A DNA stretch of 64,000 nucleotides from Chrysomallon squamiferum (Eukaryota > Animalia > Mollusca): contig CM022668.1 of assembly GCA_012295275.1 (NCBI GenBank), positions 15,624,001-15,688,000 on the forward strand, given 5' to 3'. The position numbers and the translations under genes were made by a program. Within the stretch, counting starts at the first letter, position 1, and each line of letters begins with the position of its first letter. Shown here piece after piece: positions 27,976 through 42,648 of this stretch. The notes under the pieces are model-generated. The model had not been told where the DNA came from. It saw only the letters and a list, made by a program, of their open reading frames with translations, and did no database searches.

Positions 27976-28828
27976 GCGGGAGAGATTTATTTTCTAAAGA
28001 TAGCAGGAAAACCACAGGCGTTAGCTCATACCAATCTATCGATCTGTTCGAGAAGAAGAAGAAAAAAAAAAAAAGAGGATGGCATAACTAAATTCAATAA
28101 GTTCTTAACACAATTTTACTAACTTCTGCTATGACTGGGCCGTGCGCAATTTTTTTTTTTTTTTTTTTTCTTCTTCTTTTTTTCTGATCCATATGCTGTA
28201 AAGCCCGGGTGCTAAATTTAGAAGGAAATCGTCGATAATAACGAACGCGTGTGTAAGGTGTAGATGCGTCAGTATTGATCTGTGCGGAGCGGAACGGGAG
28301 TCTGGATGTGTTACGTTGAATGGTGATTTTCGTACTGAAGATTCTGTTTTCAGATAGGTTTAGGGCTATTTCGGGTTGCCACTAATCATTCGCAGTTGGG
28401 TCATGTCGTAATGGTTGAAAATGGGTCAGGAGGTCAAGAGAGAGAGAGAGAGAGAGAGGTAAACAAAAGCGAAAAACCAAGTCAGACGAGGACATTGAAA
28501 TCGCAGTCGTCCAGTGATTACATTTCTGTTGTTTTTTTTGTTTTTTTTTTTACCGATCAGCAGCGTTGTGTAGATGATAAAGAACGCAATAAGTTATTTT
28601 TTTATTCGTGTTTGTAAAAGATAAAAACAAAACAAATTTTGACTACGGTACAGAATTATAATTTGAATTTTGGCCATGATAGGACATTACGTTTTGTGAC
28701 CTTGGGGATTTTATTTATTACGGGTTGTTTGAATTTGAGACTTTGGTTTTCTACTCTTTTCTTATTTTTTTTACTTTTTTATTTTTATTTTTTTTTTTAT
28801 ATTTTTTTTTTCTTGTTTCACTTCTAAT

Positions 28829-28860
<32 letters not shown>

Positions 28861-29174
28861 TATTTATTTCTTTATATATTTTTTTCTTCCCTTATTTCAC
28901 TTCCTCTTAATCTTTTATTCTGTCTCTGTTATTCTGACATTATCTGTCGATGCCACATTTTGTCTGTCAGTATCCTTCTGAAGTTCTGTCTCCCTCTATC
29001 ATTCCATGTATTCACCTATCTATCTATCCATCTATCTACGCATCTATCTATCTATCTATCTATCTATAAATATAGCTAGCTATGTCTGACTCTGTCTCCT
29101 TCTTTCTTCCTTTCCCTCTTTTAGACTTTTTATCTGAGTCTTCCTGTTAATCTCTGATTCTCTGTCTTCCTTTT

Positions 29175-29247
<73 letters not shown>

Positions 29248-30127
29248 GCACACAAAGCTACCGTGTTTCACTTCGGGTACTTCACGCCAGCAATCCACCC
29301 AGTTTAATGAAAAGATTTTTTTTTAACAAAACGGAGAACATTACACCGTGTATTATTCTAAACACCACGCGTGTCAGCGTGTTTGCCTGACTGGGTCACG
29401 TGACTTCACCTTTTCTCCGCCACACTGTTTGCACGGTTGTTTCCAGAACGTTCGTTTGGCCCCGTGCAAACCAAAAGCTTTTTATTCTCTAATGAGCCAA
29501 CAGTGAGGACAAATTACACAAACACGTTTTTACCACGTCCGTGCTATCAATATTAACATCTGATTAAGGAGGGGTGGCACCTGGGGGGAGGGTGCCCAAT
29601 AACAGACGGGTACGTGTAAATGATAACTGCAGTTCTGAAGTTCCAAAAAGAGAGAGAGAGGAGCAAGATTTGAAAGAAGTTTCGTCGAAAATGCTAATAT
29701 AAAGATAAAAAAAAAATATATGTTTTCAAAAAATACGGTTTGATATCGATATCATGATTAAAAATGTCTGGGAGAGGGGGGGAAGCTTTAATAATAAGCA
29801 TGGTTTCGTGGTATTAGCGGATATTACTTCAAACAAATAAGTTAATATTAATATTAATTTTTATTTCTCAAAAACAAATTTCATGTTATTGTAACAATAA
29901 AATTGTTGGAAATTTGGAAGAAGATTTTTGGTTGTGTTTATCGGAGATTTTTTAATATTTCGTTAAATGTTGCCTGATTGATTTTTTGGTTAATTTTTTT
30001 TTTCTTTTTTTTTTTTTTTTTTGTTTTTTATTTCTGCCAAGCTGTCTGCTTCGTTGGCTTTCATTTTATTTTATTTATTTTATTACGTTATATAATTTTT
30101 TTTCATCTTTCTTAATTAATTAACGTG

Positions 30128-30249
<122 letters not shown>

Positions 30250-30652
30250 ATTTAAATATAAAAGAATAATGTAAAATCACTAATCTTGTTTTACTGCAGT
30301 CTTCATTACCAAACATGTTACCTGTTTCGTCTTATTAACGTACTATTATCTGAACATTCACGTAGTCTTGTTCAGTTCGTATATAAATATTTTTCTACCA
30401 GGTTACCGCTAGTGACAACAGAGGAAGGTTTTTGTTACAATACAGAAATAACACCGTACAGGTGGTCATTTCTTACCGGAAGCAAAGTTAATCTGTGCAC
30501 CGGGTGACCTCATTTATTCCATCAAAACAATACATACCAGGTTTCTCTATATTTCAGTCGCAAACCTGCTACCGGAATCAAAGTATCTGATAACAGAAGG
30601 GAGTTTATGTTATTTTTTGGTTTCCTTTTTTTCCTTCATTTCTTTTTATTTC

Positions 30653-30686
<34 letters not shown>

Positions 30687-31336
30687 CGGTCCCCCAGTTC
30701 TTTTCTTTCTTTCTTTTCTTCTTTCTCAGATTATTATTATTATTATTGTTGTTGTTGTTGTTGTTGCTGCTGCTGTTTGTTGTTGTTTTTATTTGTTTTT
30801 GTTTTTTGTCGGTGATTTGATTTTTTTTTTTTTTTTTTTTTTTTGGTTGTTGTTGTTTTTTTATGTCTTTTCTTCATTTCATATTTCCCCTCTTGTTTCT
30901 TATTTTCAGTTCTTTCTTATCTTCTTTTGTTTTACCCTGCATCATGGTTTTGTTCGTGTACGTATTCCGATTATCTGTATATGAGTGTGAATGAAAGACT
31001 ATGAGAGAAACAGGATAGTCATTCTGTGTTTCTATGGATACAAGAGACACATGGAACATATTTGAATGTTAGTGTGTGGGTGGCGGTTTTTAATTTCAAT
31101 TTTTAATTTTTAATGAATGTAAAGAAAAATAATATATATATATATATATATATGTAAGAGCTTAAGTACCATACACTTTTGAATAAAAGATAACAGTGAT
31201 GAAAACAATGAATGTCTATACAGATAACAATAACAACAACAACAACAACAATAATACCAACAATAAGTTAGTCAATAATAATAATAATAATAATAATAGT
31301 AATAATAATAATAGTAATAACAATAATAATAATAAT

Positions 31337-31375
<39 letters not shown>

Positions 31376-32476
31376 AATAACAATAATAATAATATAATAA
31401 CAAATAATAACAATAATAATAACAACAACAACAACGACTACAATAATAAAACAAAAAAACCAGCATGAACAGTGTGGTAATCATTCCAATTACTCCAGCA
31501 CCACCACGACAACGTCGTCATCATCATCATCAACATCAACATCATCATTACGACGAAAGAGCGAGAAGCTGGAAGGATCCCCCCCCCCCCGGAGACCAGA
31601 ACCAACGCCCTCCGAGAGAGTGTGAGTGAAAAACGCGATTGTTCTCGGAATAATTTACACACACCAATTCCACCGGGCGCACGAGAATTAGCGCAGAATG
31701 GAAACAATACGACTACAACGGCGGCGGCTTTGATGTCCCTCTTACACCGTATCCTGCTTCACCGAGATGACTGTGTAAATCACGAGAGATCGTTTCCACG
31801 TGCATTCTGTGAAGAAAAGAAAAGAAAAGAAAAAAAGAGAAAAAAGTGCAGTGAGCGAGTTCAATGGACGAATTAGGCTTAGATGTTGCAGTCGTAGTCG
31901 ATCGAAGCAAAAGGGTGCGAAAGTACAGTTCGTGGTGATTACTTTCTTTTTTTCTTTTTTTAATTTTGACGAGTCAAGTAAGTGTTTCTGGTACGATGCT
32001 TTTTTTTGTTCTTCACGATTTTTGGAAAGAAAAAGAAAAAAAAAAAAAAGAGAACGTTTTGTTTTCTTTCTCGTTCACTTTTTTTTTCTTTTTTTTAATA
32101 ATGGTTTTTACGTTGTGTTGTTATTGTTTACAGGACTGTTTTTAATAAAGAGAGATAAAGAAGTTTTGAAAAGAATAGATAATTATGGTTTTAGCTGTTG
32201 AAAGTGCAGTGTTTACTCATTTTTACTTGCTATTGAAGTTACTGTTTCTGTTTCTGTTGTTATTATTATTATTACTAGCAGTGGTATTAGCAGTAATAGT
32301 TGTAGTAATAGTAGTATTAGAAGTAGCAGTAGTAGTAATATTGTATTCGTTGTTATTATTTATATTGTTGTTGTTGCTGATTTACTTCTGGTTGTCGTCG
32401 TAGGCTTCATCATCATCTTCATTATTAATATTAATATGTTTATTATTATAATTATAATTATTATTATTATTATTAT

Positions 32477-32508
<32 letters not shown>

Positions 32509-33195
32509 TTTTCAGTGAAAACTAAGATATTCTTCTGTAGATTTTCCTGAAGTGCGAGACTTAACGTAAAGTTTAACACTATTGAACAAGATTATTTCTG
32601 TAGATGATACACGTAAATACACCAAGTATTAAACCAAGAGTCTTTTTCTCGTAGCAACCTTTAAGAAAAAACCCCAAAAGTGTCTGCTAACAGAGGAATT
32701 CATTCTCCCAGAAAGCAAGATGTTTATCCATTATTCTTTTATAAGTGTATAATACTTTGGAAATTACATACTGGAATTTTGTATGTTTATATGTTATGCG
32801 AGGACATTTTTAAAAGACTGTCCATTTAAGAATTATTCTGGTTATTTAAGATGACCTTCACGTCCATGACATTTGGATGAGCTGTATTCCGTAACGCATG
32901 GCTGAATTTAAGTAGTTTGGAGTGAAAGAAAATTAACTGAAATGAAAATGATAACAGTTTTATGTGTATGGAAAAGAGAGAAAGTGAGAGACAGAGAGCG
33001 GCGAGAAGATAAACAGGTAAATATACAAAGTGACAGACAGACAGACAGACAGACAGATGAATTTGACAAAGACTCTAATGGCCATGATAATGATCCCGAT
33101 GACAGTGATGATGAAGGTGGCTATGATGATGATGATAATGATGATGAAGATGATGATGATGACCATCAAGAAGACTTGTAGGAACAGTCTACAGT

Positions 33196-33615
33196 GCTAC
33201 TGGATTAAGCATGTACTGTTATACCTGGATTCAGCTAGTATTGCTACAGACTGGATTCATCGTTTACTGTTACAGCCTGGATTCAGCTAGTACTGTTACA
33301 GCTTGGATTCAGCTAGTACTGTTACAGCCTGGATTCAGCTTGTACTGTTACAGCCTGGACTCAGCTTCTACTGTTACAGCCTGGATTCAGCTTCTACTGT
33401 TACAGACTGGATTCAGCTTGTAGTGTTACAAACCTGGATTCGGCTACTACTGTTACAGCCTGGATTCAGTTAGTACTGTTACAGCCTCGATTCAGCTAGT
33501 ACTGTTACAGCTTGAATTCAACTAGTGCTGTTACATCCTGGATTCAGCTAGTACTATTACATCCTGGATTCATCTAGTACTGTTACATCCTTGATTCAAC
33601 TAGTACTGTTACATC
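33196..33615. repeat. 26-bp minisatellite, about 16 copies
   Basis: Consensus CTGGATTCAGCTAGTACTGTTACAGC repeated in tandem with point variants. Confidence 0.95.
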
Positions 33616-34011
33616 AGACTTCATATTTTCTTAAATCGGTTTTTGACGGTTCTTGTCATCTAGGTCTCTCCTTTCAGAGGACATCATTGAATATTCCATG
33701 TAATGTTGAACTTAAATGTTCCCTCGAGTCCAGTTTGACAAAGCTTCCCGATGTTTTCAGCGATTGAGGAAATGTGATCTCAGTGATCTGTACAATCCTC
33801 TACATAATTTAAACATCACTCATCGATCAGTTTGCCAAAATTAAGAAGAAGAAGAAGGAAAAGGATAAAAAAATTAAAAGAAGAAGTAAAAAGAAGTTGA
33901 AGAAAAGAAGAAAAGAAAAGAACATTTAAAGGGAAGACCAAAGAAAAAAGAAGAAGATGATGATGATGATGTATATGATTAGTATAATTAGTATATGTCT
34001 CTCTCTCTTTC

Positions 34012-34101
<90 letters not shown>

Positions 34102-35107
34102 GAATATATATATATATATATATGTATATGTATGTATGTATGTATGTATGTATATGTATGTATATATGTTTATTGCTTCATACATGGACACAGAGAGATA
34201 GATAGATAGATAGAGAGAGAGATTTGTCTTTCAGAGATATAATTTATTTATTTATTTATTTGTAGATTTTATTTTTGTTTTCTTTAATTTTTTTTTATAT
34301 TTCCTGTTTTACCTTTTTCTTTATTTCTATGTTTTCTTTTTCTTCGTTTTCTACTTTTTATTTTATTTTTTATTTATTTATTTTTGTTATTGTTTGTTTT
34401 GCTGTTGTTTTTCTCTTCTTTCTAATAAACCGACAAAGCTAATACTACAGTTTTTTAGAAAGGTTTACACCATATATATATTTACTCTACCAGACTGCAC
34501 TCTGTGTACTAAAGACACTAAAATAAATAAAAAATCAAATAATAAACTTTTTTCTATTCTACTGCTGTATATAATATTAAATTACTTTTAAGATTGACTC
34601 TTAAAATGAAAGTTTGTAAATATTTGCAAAATTTAGAAGAGAAAAAGGAAAAATGTTAGAAGAAAGTAATTGGTATGAAGAAATTACAGTTATTGTATTT
34701 TTGTAGTAATTATTTATTATTATATTAATTCTTCTGATCTCCCGTTCCAGACACCATCTCACGATTTACTTATCAAAATGTTTACTACACGTGTTTAGCA
34801 AAGTACATAATAATAAATTATAATTATATCTCATTTATGTATTTGTTTGTTCAAAACAATTTATTTTTTTAATTATCCATCTATTTATTTATTTATTTTC
34901 TTTATTATTTATTTATTTATTTATTTATTCATTCATTCATTATCTCATTTATTTATTTATTTATTTATTTATTAACTAAACCATATTATTTTACATACAG
35001 AAGCAACGCCCCAATTTTAGTTTCAGTTTTCTCCACAAACCACTTCTTCATAAATTCAGTTTTTTCTACGACTGACAAAAAAATCACTCCTTCTTACCCA
35101 TTCACCT

Positions 35108-35166
<59 letters not shown>

Positions 35167-36398
35167 AATAAATCCTCCAGACTTCTAGACAAGACTGTGA
35201 AAGTCTTCAGCTGAACAATTATACACAAAAACACACGTTTGGCAGTCTCGTGTATTTTCCTTGTTTTAATATCTGATATAAAGCTCTGATTTGTCTGTTT
35301 CTTTGCCCAGAACGAATCGTTCGATTACAGGCGAGATAGGGATGTCGTAGATTCAAAGTCCGCCAGGACCCCACGAAACATATCAAGATTTTCGAAATTG
35401 TCTAAACAACGGAGCGGATTCGTGAAAACAAATTCGAAATTCGAGAAACGGAATGACTTCCACACTTCCTGTTGCCAGATGTTGCGCGCTGCACCGTAAC
35501 ACCAGCGCCCTCTGTGGTAGAGAGATAACTCTGTCTCTCTCTCTGTGTGCGTGTGATTATTTGCGAGAGTGTTTTTGTGAGTTTTGCGTGTGTATTTATG
35601 TGTGTATGTGTCTGTGTGTCTGTGTCTGTGTTTGAGTATGTGTGCATTTGTATGTGTGAATATATATGTACCTCTGAGTTTTGTTTATCTTTGCATGTAT
35701 GTATGTATGTATGTATGTATGTATGTATGGATGTATGTATGTATGTATGTACGTACGTGAGTGTATATATATATATATATTATTTTACTTTCTTATTGGA
35801 AAAAGTTTCTTCTGAAGATAAATAGTTCGAAATGCTGAGTAAAAAGATGATATCAACAGGCTACATGAAGCTTTGATCCTAGAACATATCATTCTCAAAA
35901 CCAAAGACGTGTACATTAACAAAAAAAAAAAATTCCATTTCTGTACTTCTTAATTCATTTTAAAACAAAAAACAAAAACAACAAAAAAAAAAGAAAAGAA
36001 AAAAAATGAAAGAACAAAAAGGAAAAAAAAAAAAAAAAAGAAAACGCAGAAAGAGAGAGAAAAACAAAAATGGAAACCCTTCGAGTTCGCGCATGCTCAG
36101 AGACGCACAATGACAGAACGCGCACCCCTCCCACACCTGTCGTCTGCTCTTGTTTGTTGAATCTGAAGCGAGGTGGACCACCGCCATAGACAACAATATA
36201 CAACGATGTTTCGTTTATTTTCTTAGCTCCGCTCGAGATGGATGTTTTACGTTCGGTTCCCAAACAAGCCGGCATCTGACTAGCAAATGATCACCACTCT
36301 AGCGTGCCAGGCAGTCAGATAACATCGAGCGTGGAAGCAGGTACAAACTGAAACGGTTACTTTAAGTGTTTAGAAAAGAAAGGGGGGGGAAGAAGATG

Positions 36399-36430
<32 letters not shown>

Positions 36431-36734
36431 GATATGAGAAGAAAATAATTTTTGAAAAAAATAAAAATCTGGTTGTTTCATGAAAGTGAGCTAAGTACAT
36501 CGAAACGGTTAGTTTGAGTGCTTCACAAAAGGGAAGAAAACAAGGGAAAAACGAAAAAAAAATGGTTGCCCAACTAGAAAGGTTGCTAAGAATAAAACAG
36601 GATATGAAAAATTGTTTTAAACAAAAAAAAATAAATAAATAAATAAATAAATAAATAAAAGAGAAAGAAAAGAATCCGTGATTAATAAAGATAAATAGTA
36701 GCAGCGTAATTTTAAGAATCATAAATATTTATTA

Positions 36735-36787
<53 letters not shown>

Positions 36788-37464
36788 GTATAAATATATA
36801 TTATAGATGCGTTATTAACATGGCATCAAAACAAACGCTTATATGTCAAATATGCAAAACTGTTTAATATTTTATATTTTTTTAATTTTTCAAAATGTTT
36901 TCTCAGTCTATTAACTATTAATGTCACATAGACATTAATCACATTTCTGCCTGCATTTATCTGTATAATCTACACAATTATAGACGCACACGCACACGCA
37001 CAGACACATACGCACACGTACTTATGGACATACACACATACGCAACACATACAAACACATACAAACACACAAACATACATACATACATACATACATACAT
37101 AAACGCACGCACGCTACGCTCGCGCACACACACACACATATAAATAAATATTAAAATAATTTTTCGCAGAATTCAAAAATTCTCAGAATCGTGTCCACCC
37201 ATTTTTTTCAGCTTCGTTCCCACACTGTTGGGCAGACGACACTTTATATCTGCGCGCACATTTTATTGTTTTTCTCTCGTGAATTTATTTCTTTTTGAAT
37301 TTTTAAATGTAATTCGATTCGTGTCCCATGTGGAAGCCATTATCAGTGTCACAGAAAACTCGCGGCGAGGAGCTGCTTGAACGGAGTCGGTGGCGTAGGC
37401 GTCGTACGACTTCGTCCAACTGTCTTCCGCGGTGACTGCTTCTCACTGCGTTGTACCTGTCGTG

Positions 37465-37686
<222 letters not shown>

Positions 37687-37929
37687 GTGTGTGTCTCTCT
37701 CTCTCTGTCTTTCTCTTCTTCCCTGTCTGTGTGTAAAATTCTGTTCTCGCTAACTCTGTCTTTTCTCGATGTCTGTTTGAAAATCTGTCTTTCTTTCCTT
37801 CATGTTTCTAATTTTTTCAAATCTGCTACTATTAAACTGTTCCCTCTACAATTATTCCAAAATAACGGTTATCGTTCCTTAACTAAAACGTAGATTCCAT
37901 GGGTCACTGAACATATGGTGAATGGTCAA

Positions 37930-37960
<31 letters not shown>

Positions 37961-38286
37961 ACTTATTTATTTATTTATTTACAGAGAAAACATAGCTAAA
38001 TTCATTTACCTGGCAACGGTAACACATAGATATATTAATTTTCATAAAAAAAACCTTAGTTTTACCACATTGTTGCTTTTGATTTTAATAATTACAGTTT
38101 CGATTTTTTTAATAGTTTATTATTACTATATTCATCATGATCATGATCATGATCATTATTATTATCATTATTATTGTTGTTGTTGTTGCTGCTGTTGCTG
38201 CTGCTGCTGCTATTGGTGCTGTTGTTGATATTATTTACATATTGTTTGTATTGTTCTCGTTCATCATATTCAGTCATATGCACATG

Positions 38287-38355
<69 letters not shown>

Positions 38356-38463
38356 TCTTCTTCTTCCTCTTCCTTTTCTTCTTCTTCTCCTTTCCCTTCT
38401 TTTAGAGATGCCCGTGGTTCTTTATAAACTGACACAAATTATTTTTTTATTTTATTATTTATT

Positions 38464-38545
<82 letters not shown>

Positions 38546-38959
38546 TAAATAAACACATTTTATGGCTTATACAGGTGCTTCCTTTAATGGCATCTAAACT
38601 ATCTTCCCTTCACATTTTATAATCACAATCAGGAAAGAAGGTACACTAACATATTACTGTCGAATATTTAAAAAAATATATATTACCAAATTAGTATAGA
38701 ACACTATCAATGGTTCCTTTAATGAATGCAATATCATATTAGTATTGATATCTGCTGTCCGATCGTCTGAAACTTGTACTTGCTGACTTCGGTTCGAAGA
38801 TTTTGTGGTTTACTTGATCGGTTTTTATGTCCATCAGCATTGACCCACATAGAGCGAATCGGTTTTAATGAGCCTTTCGATTCTTTGTGGCTTGTGCCAT
38901 TCTTGGTAAGTTCACAAAACACCGCCCCAAAATAGCAGTCATTATTTTTCTCAAGCCGG

Positions 38960-39215
38960 CGGGGGATTCCATATTTAGGTCATGCTCGATACCAAAACGG
39001 AGATTCTGACGTAGGCCTATTGATCCGCTGACGTCACAAGCAATGGCCTCGTGGTCTGGCAATCAAAACGTTTAGAGCGTATTGTAAAAACTTCGCGTGA
39101 TTGTCGCCTTCAGATCGATAATGTGTCTGCGCATGTCACCATTGACGTCATAGCTCGTCTGCAGCGAAGATTTGGACGGCACTTCCTTATATGGGTGTGT
39201 ATATTTATAAACGTG
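38960..39215. promoter_or_regulatory. CRE + CArG (serum-response-like) module
   Basis: TGACGTCA at 39029 and 39143, CArG box CCTTATATGG at 39185-39194, TATAAA at 39206. Confidence 0.55.
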
Positions 39216-39513
39216 CTCTGTAATTAGCTGCGAACGATGGAATTGGAAACAAGAATGCCAATTTTGATTAATAAGAGGGAGGCGAGTGTGTGTGTGTGTG
39301 TGTGTGGTGAAGTTATTCCAGTTCAGTGATTTTTATCTCTGATTATATCGAATTAAATAACCTGAGTCAAAAAAAAAACGTCACAAGAATCCTAATTCTT
39401 CGCGAACCTTCTCGCTGAAATGTCGCTTGAGTGCAAATGAACTGTTCTTTGAAGCTGTTGTTTTATGTTATCTTTTATTTATTTATTTATTTATTTATTT
39501 GTTGTTTTTCTTG

Positions 39514-39564
<51 letters not shown>

Positions 39565-40344
39565 AGATAGTTTTGTTTGACATATATAAAATTAGAACAT
39601 TAAGAATATTGTTATTGCTTAGAATTTATATCTGCAGCAGTAACAACAATCAAAGCTAAACAACAACAACCACAACAACAACAACAACAACAAAAACAAC
39701 AACAACACTAATAATAATAACAATCGTAATCGTCGTAGTGTTTGTAGTAGTAGTAGTAGTAGTAATAAGAAGAAGATGAAGACGAAGAAAAAGAAGAAAA
39801 ACGAATTTTAGTCATCTATAATAATTTATTTGCTTGCACGTGATTACAGTGACTAATTTTAACTAATCTTCTTATCTGTTGAATTATTTCACACCCTAAT
39901 CGCTCTTAAATAATCTTCTTCTTTTTTCTCTTTCTTTGTTTCCAGTTTAGGAATGCTAATTCTAATTAAAAACGATTACTTTTAACAAATAGGCTTATAA
40001 CAAAATAGGCTTAATTCTCTCTGAAGGTTCATGTACGAAATTCCTGAAAAATAATGAAATAGAAAAAAGTAAGTGGGACAGATTTTTCAAATGATTCGTA
40101 TTAGTTTGATAAACACTGCAGATATTTATCTTTAAAACAAGTGTTTAGCAAATGCTAAGTAAAAAATCTTAAGATTTGAAAATCTTCATTTATTTTAATA
40201 ATTATAACTGTTTTTGTTGTTACTGCAGAATTATCTTGCCAAATTTTATTACTATTAATATCTGTGACGTAGATGCTGCGAATACAACATCTCTTCCAAT
40301 CTGTTGTAGTAGTTGTTGTTATTATCACCATCGTAATTATTATA

Positions 40345-40382
<38 letters not shown>

Positions 40383-40470
40383 GAAATGTCATCATCATAT
40401 AATCGTTATGACTGTTTTTATCATCATCACTGTCATCATCATCATCATCATCATCATCGTTATTATTATA

Positions 40471-40519
<49 letters not shown>

Positions 40520-40655
40520 CTTTAAATATTTTTAAATTGTTGCAGGCAGAACAAGTTTCCTTCAGTGACATACAGTCGATTTTGATTCCATAGAAATGTT
40601 GTTTTCTTTTAATCTTTGTTGTTTTTTGTTGTTGTTTTTGTTGTTGTTTTGTTGT

Positions 40656-40690
<35 letters not shown>

Positions 40691-41830
40691 GTTTTTTTTT
40701 TCTACATATAATCTTCATAAATAATCCAGATATAAAACCGAAAGCACGAAATATTATAATTATTTATTAAGTAATCCGGAAGTTAATCTCATATTCACCA
40801 TCCAGTGAATAAATAAATGAATAAATAAATAAATAAATATATCTATATACAAAATGTTCAGACGGATCACATATCGATTGATCATCAAAATCCAGACTTG
40901 TTCATGTGGAAACCAAGAAGACCACCACAGACAGTCAATCCAGAAATCAAATACAGTTTTAGTTAATCGTTATTTTTACTTACATCGTTTATTCCAAGAG
41001 TACCAGCAACAGTTTACACATTCACGTATTTAAGTTGTATTTGTGTATAAATCCAGTAGAATGGAACATTAATCCTGGAATGCTAATTGTAATCCTTGAC
41101 AACAAAAGTCTGAACATTTGGTCTCGATGTTTGTACTGAAAAAATATCTTTATGGAAAGACTGAAACAATCTGAACTCAAACTGCCAGTATGTGTAATCC
41201 TGTTCTGGAACGGAAAATTAGAACTAGAGACCTCAGTCGAAAACGAAGTTAGTGATCAATACCCAGTTGAACTTGAAGTTAAACTGAACTGGTCGTTTAT
41301 GGATTCATCTTATGAGGGAAAAGTTGAAAGTAACAAGTATTTTCAAAATTCAATTCTTTTCTTAGGAAAGGTTCACACACTTTAGTATCATTATTTTGAT
41401 CTGTGTCTTTTTAAACCTTTTTTTTTTTTTTTTTTAAATGTCATTGTTGGTGTAGTTGTCGCTGTTGTTGTTAACATCGTTGTTTTCCTACAGCTGTTGA
41501 TGGCGGTGTCGTTGTGGTTTCCTTGCAGCATATTTTGTTGTAACTGTGACTTTCTGTATTGCAGTAAAACATGTTTATTAGACATGCGCTACCGGAAGCG
41601 GAAATGATGATATTAAAAATAGCATTATTCGAAACCCGCTTCTTTTCGGCAGTCTGACGTCATCTGAAATGAAAAGTAAACAGCTTTAATAGAAGTAGCG
41701 GTAGTTGTTGAAGTAGTAGTTACAGACGAGGCAGCAGTAGTAGTAGCAGAAAAGCAGTAGTAATATGAGTCACGCTTGTAGTAGAAGTAATAGTAGCAGT
41801 AGTATGTGTGAGTGTGTGTGTGTGTGTATG

Positions 41831-41883
<53 letters not shown>

Positions 41884-42612
41884 ATATATATATATGTATG
41901 TATGTATATATGTATATGCTGACAAATAAATATTATATTAACAAATAAACAGAAATACTTCTGCCAATCCATCTACTACTATTATTACTAACTACCACCT
42001 CATCTACTTCAACAACAACAAAAACTATTACTACAACTACTATTACAGCCGCTACTAATTACTACTGCAACTGCTACTTTTAGTAATGTTACTACTACCG
42101 CCATCGTCAAAATACACATGAATTGTACCACTACCATTACTATTACTACTACAACTACTACCACTACTACAGTAGCAGTAGCAGCAGCAGTAATAGTAGT
42201 AGCAGTAGTAATTGAAGTAGTAATAGTAAAATTATTGTTAGTAGAAGTAGTAGTAGTAGTAGTAGTAATAGTAAAATTAGTAGTAGTGGAAGTAGTAGCA
42301 GTAGTAGTAGTAACAGTAGTAGTAATATAAAATTTAGTAGTAGTAGTAGTAGTAATGGTAATAGTAGAAGTGGTAGCTGTAGTAGTAACAAAGAGCATTT
42401 TAATGACAGAGGTAGTAGTAACATTACTAGAAGTAGTAGAAGTTGTAGTAGTGTTTGTAGTAGTAGTTAGTAGAAGCTGTTGTTAATGAAATAATAAGTT
42501 AGCAATTGTAGTAGGAGAATATCTGTTTATTTATTAATATAATATTGATTTCATTTAGCCAGCATATACATGCGTACACACACATACATACATACATACA
42601 TACATACATACA

Positions 42613-42648
<36 letters not shown>

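Noticed and set aside
33196-33615. Regular ~26-bp repeats reminiscent of a CRISPR array
   Set aside because: Contiguous tandem units with no spacers, no cas genes, and a eukaryotic context.
41152-41385. 77-aa + strand ORF with protein-like composition
   Set aside because: No recognisable homology and no linked exons.
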